Assembly (NCBI GenBank): GCA_002633005.1
Contig: NMRA01000416.1
Coordinates: forward strand, 10,541-74,540
Length of the DNA stretch: 64,000 bases
Source: Phoronis australis
Lineage: Eukaryota > Animalia > Phoronida
Reading direction: 5' to 3'
Positions 11,837 through 22,600 of this stretch are shown piece by piece (position 1 is the first letter of the stretch; each line of letters starts with the position of its first letter). A program made the translations under genes and the position numbers. Under the pieces are notes generated by a model, which was not told the DNA's origin, made no database searches, and worked only from the letters and a program-made list of their open reading frames with translations.

Positions 11837-13764
11837 TTAATTTTCTCAATTAAGACCCAACCCATCATGTTTTGTTGATATCTTCTCCACCTATGAGCTA
11901 AATAAAAAGTGCCCAACAGCTCTGTCGCTGCATGCTATCGCTGCACATCAGTGTGTTGTTACAATTTAAGTCGAATGCACATGCGAGAAATGTACCACTG
12001 TTACATTTTACGACGTCATACTTCATGAGTTTGCATGGTATTAATTGTCACACGGAGGAACACGGTTCACACACTTAACGCCTTCTTTCTCGGATTGTTT
12101 GAATGAAATTCTGTCAAATGTGTCAGCTCGACTTTATAGATGTGTCCCCATGTGCTTTCCATTGTTTTTTAACATGAGTAGTTTCTTGGTATAGTCAAAA
12201 ATGTACCCCGTACAGTTTCAACTCCATACGAAATGAGTTTCCAGGATCAGGTAAAAAGTTCTTATTGCTAAAGTGTTCATGCAAGCTTTTGTTGGCGCTC
12301 ACGAGTCATAAACCAATTGTGACATTACAGTAAACATACTTCCCTTGGTAAGCACAACAGAAACAATGACATTGTATTTTAGCAATTTTAGCTAATATTT
12401 ATCGCACTTCTCCGGGAACAAACGACAATAGCAAATAGTTTCACGGAGAATTCAATTTCGGAAGCCAATTTGATAAAAAAAACACCCGTTTTAGTCCACG
12501 GAACTTTGATTTATTTCAGCCAGTGTTTTATTGCCTTAGAGTCATCAATAATGCTCCGCACAAAAGAAGCAAGACCAACATTTCTGATGCCACCTTAGTT
12601 ACGAATGATAATTTCTTAAAGGCATTGTGGTGGATGGAAAAGCATTTATCTGAGGGCAGGTTGACAGATTTTGCCAATGCAACAGCAAAAGATCGCCTTT
12701 GAGAAGGGCGAGTCAATAATTTAAAAAACAGGTGACATAGCAACTTATTTTAAACAGCTTAAAAGCTGAAAGAAATATCATTGTTCCTATGACGTCAAAT
12801 CTGTTTGAATAGTGGTGGTAACAACAGATCAAATTGTGATGGGTAAAAATGGTAAGCCTAGCTGGGGAAATAGAAAATATTTTGGTACTCTGAAAGGACA
12901 TGATCATTTCGCTCAAACTGACTGTCGGCCTTCCGGACTACAAAAACGTGTACTTTCTTTTTCTATAATCTTTTAATATAAAATATCAATTAAAATTTCT
13001 ATTTGGTCAATGTTCGTTACTCTGAAGCACATATACATAAAGACAGAAATTGGACATTCTAGTATTAATGGACATAAAGTCAAGTGTCTCATGAGGCGCC
13101 ATTTTTGTGTTGCAGCTCGCTGTCAACAACACTTGTGGTTGTGTAGGCAGATAAGGGAATTAGGTATTTTAACCCTTTTGCTTCATCGCACATATGATAA
13201 GAAGCGCATATTAAACATCGCAGACTTCGACGTTGGCCGTTTTTGTTCCATACAATCCCCTTTCAATGAAACCTAGTTCAAATCAATCGGTTTAATCACT
13301 GTGTTCTTCTAAAAATATTGGGACCCGTTTCACATAAAGTTGTTGCGTGTTTTGTATGTCCGTTACCAGCTATTCTAATGACCGGTGACCGCAGCCACAT
13401 CCGAGTAGTCGTTATTTCTCGAAAAATGTCTGCCTCCAGAGATCAACTTAACGCAATTTTTGAACTTACACATCATTGTGGAACGAGCCCCAGTTTTTTG
13501 AAAAGGAATGTTTTCAGCAAGAGACAAAAATGGGTATCCTCACGTTTAGATGTAAGTCGCAAGTAAAATATTACAGTATGAATTCCGTTCTTCGTGGCAA
13601 ACTACAGAATATTTACAAATACTGTGCTTGTCGATAGTTGAAAATAATCAATTTTTGAAATGGCTCACGTCTGAATAAGACTTTACATCTCAACCTCCTC
13701 GTTTCCAAAAAGTAGGCATACTCTGCATTCACAACTACCGGGACGTTTCTCACAAAATCTTTAA

Positions 13765-14242
13765 AGGAGAATGCAACCTTTTTCATGTCATTTTTCAGTA
13801 AAAATAAGATTCGTTGATTATCCCAGACATATTTTTTAGTTAATTACGGCTTCTTGTAATGTAATCAATTACTCAAGCCATTTCGGGATTCAAGAATTGC
13901 GCGCCAACCTGGTTCTGCGCTCGAGTTTACTATGAGGATCCGTACTACTGTTGTTTTCGCGCTGTTTTTGTAAAACTGTCGTCACCACTTCCCATCGACG
14001 AGTATTCTATGACAATAAGTAGTACGTCATTAAAGAACTCAATTACGCTGGATTTAGGGATCGTTTAGTTTGTAGTAACCTAAAAATGGCTGGAGTCAGC
14101 GACCCATAGGCCTATCACAGTGACCATAGTGATGCGAGTGACGGAGACATTGATCATAGCAGTGGCGACGAGGAATTTTTTTCACGGACAGTGGGTGCAT
14201 ATCATTAAACCCGAGTATAATGAGTACGCACATGCAGGCACA
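13765..14242. mobile_element. Truncated relative of the 10382-11836 Kolobok-type element
   Basis: TTAA|AGGAGAATGCAACC start; colinear with 10382 to ~10868; the other end was not found. Confidence 0.8.
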
Positions 14243-14344
14243 GGCAGCTGTTGAGAGGAATGGGGCAGAGACAGAGGACAGACGAGGTTGGACGCCTTGG
14301 AGTAAATGCACGGTGTGCACTGTTGTGCCTACCACAATAGGATG

Positions 14345-14483
14345 CCTATGCTGTTAGCCTCGAATGGCAGATACAACCGTGTAATAACCCATAAAGTTAT
14401 CTCACTAGTGAGATAACATTTTGGCGGGAAACCGAAGCCGGATTCGAACCCGGGCCTCAACAGTTACCACTACACCACGCAGC
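14345..14483 (-). mobile_element. tRNA-derived SINE head
   Basis: The minus strand has an A-box TGGTGTAGTGG and a B-box GGTTCGAATCC, but no complete cloverleaf. Confidence 0.6.
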
Positions 14484-15030
14484 GGCTGACGTCATCAATC
14501 GTGAAGATAGAGTACTTAAATGGGCAAGCGCAACAATCCCATGTTCAGCAAAGGACATTGCACCGACATTTATAGGGTATGAAAAATAAGACGCATAATT
14601 TCCATAAAAACGATATTTTAATTCAGTGAAATTTTCCTTTCGTGTTCTCTCACTTGTAAATCACCGATCTCCAATTTGAATGCAGATGTCATGTGGTCGG
14701 GATCCTTTGACTTGAGCATTATAGTCAGTTACTAGTGGTAACCTACTTTAGCAGACAATCTATTCCCGGTCGAAGCTTAGCGAGATAAAATTTGTAGTAA
14801 GCTATAATAGTTGCTAAACCTTAATTTATAGATTCACTTTATTTCTATTTTGTTTTATTCTACAGTTGGTTTTGAGTAAAAGCATTATTTTACAAAAATA
14901 TCTCGGCTTTTCTTAAAAGGTCACGACCTCCGACCCCGGGCCTCTGACATAGAAAGTAGTTACAAAGCCGAGGCAGTCGAGAAAGGTAAATCGATTCATT
15001 GGAATGTTTCTCGTTCAGTATGTGGTATAA

Positions 15031-15159
15031 ATAGATTATTACATGTTCTCAGTCCTTATCCCCTTATCTAGAGCCCTCGTGGATTTTGTAGAATAATTCT
15101 CCATAATCCACCCAGGCTCTAGATAAGGGGGATAACGACTTCGCCATGTAATAATCTAT
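15031..15159. mobile_element. Small fold-back MITE
   Basis: ATAGATTATTACATG ... CATGTAATAATCTAT ends, with an inner pair TTATCCCCTTATCTAGAGCC / GGCTCTAGATAAGGGGGATAA. Confidence 0.75.
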
Positions 15160-15226
15160 ATATAGTTGTAACATTTTACATAATTTCACTAAAATCTAAA
15201 TAATTTCATAAAGTTGGTAGGGAACA

Positions 15227-15386
15227 CATAGATTAATTCTTATTGACACAACCAAGCAAAAACGCTGTACCATGACAATTTCGGCTACTCACAGCAGCCA
15301 TCTTCGGAAGCATGGCTGCTGTGAGTAGCCAAAACTGTCATGGTACAGCGTTTTTGCTTGGTTGGGTCAATAAGAATTAATCTATG
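15227..15386. mobile_element. Near-perfect 160-bp palindromic MITE
   Basis: Arms of ~75 bp with few mismatches around a short loop; ATAGATTA...TAATCTAT ends like the neighbouring element. Confidence 0.85.
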
Positions 15387-16370
15387 AATTTTACGTAGTT
15401 GTTACATTTTACATTGAATGCACATGACAGTTGTTAAATTTTACAAAATTGTTACATTTTACAGCGGATTAGAGTCCCCTTTTTGTGGATGCAAAATCAC
15501 TGCAGGAAATCCCCAATACAATGCAAGAGGAATGAATAATATTTTTCAACAGTTACAAATTTCAAGTATAATTTTTTGTATGTAAGAATAACAAATGTAC
15601 AAAAAATAAGTGCATATCAAAGATATCATAAAATAAGCCCATCCATGGAAACACTGTATACATGCACCTCAATATGGCAATGCCTTACCATTCACAAAAA
15701 AACCTTTTCTCACCAAAAGAGTGAAGTCTACAGTTATTTAAAAAAAAAACACGCAGCTCTAGTAACACCAATAACATTTCTTCTTATCCCAGCAAGCAAA
15801 TTGTCACTTCCCAACTTTTCAAAATCTCACTACAAAGCAAAAATGCACAGGATTTTTATCACGTGTTAGTTGGTAAGAAAATGTAAATACAAAGTGAACA
15901 CAATTGAACTATCATGTTCATCCTATTTAATTATCATATGAAGAGATTTGATAAAAGAAAATTCATTGTTCTGTAGTTATTGTGCGCAAAATTGGAGAAG
16001 ACCTGCTACTAGGTAATATGGAAAAATCTCACCAATTCTGAACAAAAACAGTTTTTAAAAATCTATCTTTTTCATTTTTCAAAGACTTCTAACATTGTTG
16101 AGAATGCTCAAAAAATGGAAAAACATTTGACAGCAGCTATTGAATAGAACATACAAACAGTTATTTAGTGCTACTTATCTTTTATGACATCAATGAAAAT
16201 CACCTGTCCTGATTTGGTGAGATTTCACAACCATAACAATTAAAGCCAAAATTTCATTTATCTGTTGCTTCAAATCTGACGCAAAATTCTCTGGACACTA
16301 ATTAGTTATTATAGTGAAACCTAACTGAACTGAACCTGTCTAGTTATCATAATGATTGCCAGCAACTGCT

Positions 16371-16693
16371 TCAGCAGCCTTCAGAATAGGTTCCGTGACC
16401 ACAATTATCAGGGTGAGTATTTGTTACTCCAGCATCTTTAAATTCTTCTTTAATCACCGGGGAAACAATAGAGTACCCATGGTCTGGCCATCCTACAGAG
16501 TTACCATGGAAACACATGGGATGATGATCACTGGGGTACCAAGAATTCTGCTCTTCAACTTCTGCACCATGGGAGGTTGAGGTGTGCAGTGACTCGTCCT
16601 GACTGGCCAAGTAGCTGGACAACGGACACGACACCATGGGGCTGAGGTGGAAGTTGGTCTCGTCACGACTGTAGCTAATGAATGGCTGGCCAC
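16371..16693 (-). CDS. RFX probable last coding exon (GQPFISYSRDETNFHLSPMVSC...YSEGC*)
   Basis: ctctcag acceptor, phase 1 compatible with exon 13, 106 open codons of low-complexity S/H/P-rich tail. No homology support. Confidence 0.65.
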
Positions 16694-19600
16694 CTGAGAG
16701 ATGAGATAATTTAACAGCAGGGGGTGCTGTCTACTGTCAAACTCTGGCATGAGAAACAATCTCTGGCTTAATGCACTGAGTAGGTATAACATAACGGTGC
16801 TTAGAACCTTCTGGAGTACAAAATTTTAACTTCAAAGCAATTGGTGATTCAAAAATTAAACATGATCAGTATTTGACAAGGAATTCAGAAATGGTATTGG
16901 TTTATGTTCAAACATTCTATAACTTAACTTTTATTTTTTAACAGCACAGCCCAGTCAGGCTAGATATGAGATTAAAGCAATTATCGAACAAAACAGAGCT
17001 GACCCTCCAACCATAATTGCCAGAATGAACCTAATTAGTCCTGTACGATATTGGCTACAGGGATCATCTTCCCAACTAGTTCATGTGCTATTCAAAAACA
17101 AGTTGTACTCAATGGGAGAATGCAGTAATGTGAGGGGTTTATCTCCTGATCCCCATTAACCTCCAAAGACAATAACAAAGAGCTCCCTGATTGTATTTGT
17201 TCAGTGATGAAAGAAATCCTTGGGGCTGGTTTCATTAAAAATTTCTTGTTTCTCTGTAAGTTCAAAGATACTCTTTCATTACATTCACCTATTTACAACA
17301 CCGGATAAGTTTCATCACTTGAAAGAAACCACAAAAATATAAAGATTTCCCAACTTTCAGCCTTGTTTGTGAATTCCCATATTTTACTATTAATTTGTTG
17401 AAAGCTTTGTTTAATGCGATGGCTGAAACTACCCAATGCGCAGCTGACCCCAGGCACTTTAACTGGCTACATGACGGCATCCTCCCATTCAGTGACTTTA
17501 CCAGATGTAGAGGGTTGTGAGTGTGTGATAACATCTAGCTCCTTTTTTAACTGCCAAGCACAGTGTTTTATCTGGTATGACAACAGGCAGGCCAATTATC
17601 TACCAGGCTTATTACAGACCACGTGTGAACACAGTCAAACCCAGAGCAAATTGGTACGTTCGGAAATGGAATAGATTGTCATAACTTTGGTTGTAATTGG
17701 GCGATTTTGTCGATTCAAAAATTAAACATGATCAGCATTTGATGAGGAATTCAGAAATGCTATTGGTTTATGTTCAAATATGTTGTAACTTAACTTATAT
17801 TTTTAACAGCATAGCTCAGTCAGGCTAGATAAGATCTTATTGCAGATTAGAGCAATTATCAAACAAAAGAGAGCTGGCCTTCCAACCACAAGTGCCAAAA
17901 TGAAGTTAATCAGTCGTGTAAGATATTGGCTACAGGGGTCATCTTCCCAACTTGTTGTTGGGCTATAGAATCGAACAAGCTGGGATCAACGTGAAAACGC
18001 TGTAATGATAAGTCTTAGGGATCAGCACTATGTTCCATAGACCCCAAAACACCACCTTATAATTGTGGCCAAAAATCTGTAAGGGAACAGAAACGGTGAA
18101 TTCCTACCTCATATAATTTATGAATTCAGTGCAGTAATTCAAAATTCTAACCTGACTGATGAATGACCACCACAGTTGCTAGTACAGGCTAGAAGTTCCC
18201 CACCATCCTGCTCTCAAAACACTCGCGTTTCACCAAACCTGATTTTGCAAGGTGTTGCCATATCATTACGGCGTTTTCCAGTCGCTACTAACTTTTTCGA
18301 TTCTATAGCCCAACAACAAGTTGGGAAGATCACCCCTGTAACCAATATCTTACATGAATGATTGAACTCCACTCTGGCATTCATGGCTGGAGGGCTGGCT
18401 CTCTTTTGTTCGATAATTGCTCTAATCTCCGATCAGATCGTATCAGCCTGACTCGGCTGTGCTGCTAAAAATGAAAGTTAAGTTATAACATATTTGAACG
18501 TAAACCAATAACATTTCTGAATTCCTTGTCAAATGCTGATCATGTTTAGTTTTTGAATCACCAAAACTGCCCAACTACAACAGAAGTTAAGACAACCTAT
18601 TCTGCCAGGTTTCAGTAACCCTTTGAAGCCTGGGAGATAATTGGCCAGCTTGTTGTCATATGGGACAAAAGACTGTGCTGGGAAGTTAACAAAGGAGCCA
18701 CATGTCATCCCACGTTCAGAACCCCTTACGTCTGGAAAAGTTGCTAAACGACAGAACGCCGTCATGCTTACCTTACTTGCAAGAGAATGGTCTACGGAAC
18801 ACTGAACATTACTTACAGCACCTGGCCACAGGTAATTTCACCTGCTAGTCGCAGGGATCAGTACTTACTACAGACAGACTGGTGCAGCTTCATCTCATTC
18901 AACTCGTACTCATGTTTTTGCACCTGTAGGGTCATGTAGTCTCTCAATGTCTGGTGGACAAGGTGGAATGAACCTTTAATGAAAATAAAAAGGTACACTT
19001 TCAGGTGGGACCGTGACGCCAAAGCAATTTGTACACCTAATGATGAAAATGGAGATAATTGTGAAAGGTCCCTTCCTGACCTTCACTTAAAGCCACATAC
19101 AGGACCATTATTGACCTCTGACCCTGTCTACAATAAGCTTGACATCTCAAACCTTAATAATTCACACAAGTTGGCTGTTGTGACAATATTTTATGTGTCT
19201 AGCAAAGTATCTTAACTTCAAATACGAAATATATACCATGTACGTAGTGAGAAAAAAGATTTAGCAGAACCACCTTCAGCTGCATGGTAAATTGTTTACT
19301 ACTTATCCAAGTTCAAAGGTTACAGAGCTGTCACACAAATTGAATTTCCCGCCAGGCATACAGCAGTTCCATATGCACCCATAGTCTTTTCATGCATTGA
19401 GCCATAACACTGAGTCAACAATGGAGGTGGACTGCATAGAAAGTTGCCAAGAAAAACAAAGACAAAACGTCCTGAGGGAGTTGCACATCTGCATGCATAC
19501 GACTGTTGAGAATGAATGCATCGAGTCCGAGTCGACATACGATGGTCTGTGAAGTGTGTTCTTGAACACAGCAAGTTGTGAAAAAAGATAAATCTTCACC

Positions 19601-22600
19601 AAATTCATTAATTTTATCAGTAATTTGACGTTCAGCTGTTTCGATCTAAAGCTCAAGGTGCATTTCAACTACTAACTCAATTTCTATTGTCTATTTCATA
19701 GTTGCTTGCTTGATTTCTCTCCTTGACACGTGGTGTGTATCACGGTGAACTGTTGACCTACTTACTGGTAACTCCATCAATGACCAAGTTTGACTCGAGG
19801 GACAAGAAACACGACTTAAAAATTAAAATGTTTTAGTGATAATTAAATTATTTACACACTGCAAATTCAGTTGATATTATGACAGAATGTTGAAATACTT
19901 AACATTAGGTAATGGCACGTATATGTTATATTGACCAATTTGTAATGTTTACACTTTTTTCAGGTTCGGTAAATCGACGACTTAATATGAGACTAGGAAC
20001 ACGAGTTCTTGAAAAGGGCTCAGTAAATTTCACTGAAACTTTACAGTTTTGATATTTATTTATCAATGTTAAAAAATGTTTTTTTTTAGGTTTTTCCTTT
20101 TAAATGCTTAGTTTTGGTGTATGCTATTTTTAGAACTTAAAGTATCTTAAGTTAATTTGGTATCAAAACAATTGAATTAAATGAGCAACCAAAAATTCCT
20201 ACCAGCATTTTTGAGGCAAATTGTGAAGTTCTCAGGGTTTCTTTAAAATTGACTACAGGGTTATTTTGCTATGAATGCGCCTTTCTTAAAAATGAAATTT
20301 GACTTAAAAAGGTGATTATGCAATAATAATAATGACACATACTACAATGGAGGTCATTTTATAAGGTTTAAGATAACCTTTAACTATGCAATCTAAAAAT
20401 TTAAAAAATATACAAAAGACTGCCGGATTACTTTTGACAGAATCTAGTTGCACATGCAGCACAGGCAGATTAATGTCCTTCTAATTTACTGAAACACTAT
20501 GTTCATAACTCTCATGAGAGTAGACGATGAAGTCATGTTTTTCATCAAAAATGCAGAAATATCCCAATCTTATGAACAAAAAAACAAATAACTGTCCTCT
20601 TGTAAGGCCAAAAAAGCAAAGCTGAATCTGGTGGCCGTTTTTTTTTGAAAAGTGAGTTGGTGATGCCGTATCTTTCGATTTCGTGACATTTTCGAAAAAG
20701 AAAATACTTCTGAGACAAGCAAAAATTACATTAGCGAATCGTGGTGTTTCAAACCTTGTGTACCCTTGCTTACTTACCTTTGTGCAATTTTTAAAAACTT
20801 GAAACCTTGGGTGATAATGATGCGAGTGAGTGATTCTTTTTTCCGTGTGAGACTGCAGGTCTCAAAATGAGTCAGGGTGAAGACTAGACCCAACTATGTT
20901 TTTGGCCTTACCTTTTAACTTCCTAACCAGTTGATTTATTGTTCAAACTATTAGCCCAGGTTATAACAATCTTAAGCCAGTCAATAATCTATCCTTAATC
21001 CCACATTCAGGTAATTAACAAATTGACAACTTCTCTTCAACTTGCTTTTAATCTGTCAGAAAAAAATATGCAAAAATTACTTCTATTTAACAAATAAATT
21101 GGGTATGCATACAAAAGTTTAGCTTTAATCGACAACTTCTCATCATCTCTGACATAATATCAGTTCCTTATGATATGTCAATTTCAACATTACAACTCTT
21201 TTAATTTGTAATTCCGTAAATATGGGAGGCAACATTGTTCCTTATTATTCAGTCCAGGCCAGTGACACCTGCTAATCCTCTGTGACAGCTCCATTTACAG
21301 TGTCACTATGAAAAAATACACAGATTTCTAATACAACCGTGAAAGTCTCACTGCATCCAGGGGTGTGCCTATAGGGACAAAAATTCAAAAAGACTAGAGA
21401 TAATCCTTAATCTCATGTTTATCAATCATGATTTGACCTGAATGTGTCAACAGGTTTCAATGAGCTTATGACANATGCATCCAGGGATGTGCCTATAAGG
21501 ACAAAAATTCAAAAGGACTGGAGATAATCCTTAATCTCATGTTTATCAATCATGATTTGACCTGAATGTGTCAACAGGTTTCAATGAGCTTATGACAACC
21601 AACATGTCACAACTGAAGGTTGGGTCTATATAAACTGAAGCTGCCAGCTTTGTCAAACCAATTGACCACTGACAGAGCAAGAGAGTAAATCATGAAGGTT
21701 TCCAACAAGAAACACTGCAGGCAGAACAGAAACATCAACAAGAGTTACGGTCGACTGAAAGCGCTCAACATACACTTGCGGGATGTTATGTTGCGATATC
21801 GTGATGCACACAAAGTGGGTAATGTGCTTCGCCAGGTGCAGTTGATTGCCCACGCCAGCCAGGTGAAAGAAGAGTGTGACCGCATGGCCACTGAAGTGAA
21901 TGAAGTTCAAGGTCACGGCATTTTGTGGGATGAGACATGATGGTAAAGAAACACACTGGTGTACCATCATGATTAAACAAACAGTCCTTTTAAGGACTAT
22001 CTACACCTTCCAAAGAGAACTGTTCACTAAATGATTTGGTTCCATGTGGCTAATATCATTTTTCACTTCATGTTCAAAATAGATATTCCTGCACTTTTTG
22101 CGCATTACTGCTACCTTTTCACATAGCTTTCTTAAGGTACTTTTAACACAGAGATGAACTACTCGACAACAATTTTGTTGTTTCAATGAGTCAGTTATAA
22201 TGTGTAGGGTGAAATGAAGATCTCAAGGTGCATTTTAAGTACCAACTTGATTTCTATTGTCTATTTCAGAGTTGGTTGCTTGATTTCTCTCTCTGGCACC
22301 TCGTTTGTATCAAAATGAACTGTTGACCTATTTACTATTGATTCCTCCTTTGACCAAGTTCGATTCGAGGACAAGAAAGCGACTTAATAATTAAAATGTT
22401 TTAGTGATAATTAAGTTAATTACACACTGCAAATTCAGTAGACATTACAATTAGTGAATGTTGAAATACCTAACAGGGCTATGGTATGTATAGGTTATAT
22501 CAACGAAAAACAAGTTTTCACCAAGTTGTAATGACTGCCGGTTTTTCTTGGCTTCCGCAAATTGACCTAATTTGAAACTACGAACACGAATTCTTGAAAA

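Noticed and set aside
14431-14483. tRNA gene (also 54731-54791)
   Set aside because: Only the A and B boxes remain; acceptor and anticodon stems cannot be formed. Treated as SINE-derived.
18772-18841. Extra small RFX exons just downstream of exon 13
   Set aside because: They would need an implausible 27-nt intron, or would introduce a stop or phase conflict. Direct splicing to 16693 keeps the frame.
21653-21970. 104-105-aa minus-strand ORF conserved in all three array units (also 24232-24546 and 26786-27100)
   Set aside because: It is codon-aligned with the plus-strand ORF, so the many plus-strand third-position changes fall on its first positions. It has no promoter or polyA signals and no RFX similarity. 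It is an antisense shadow.
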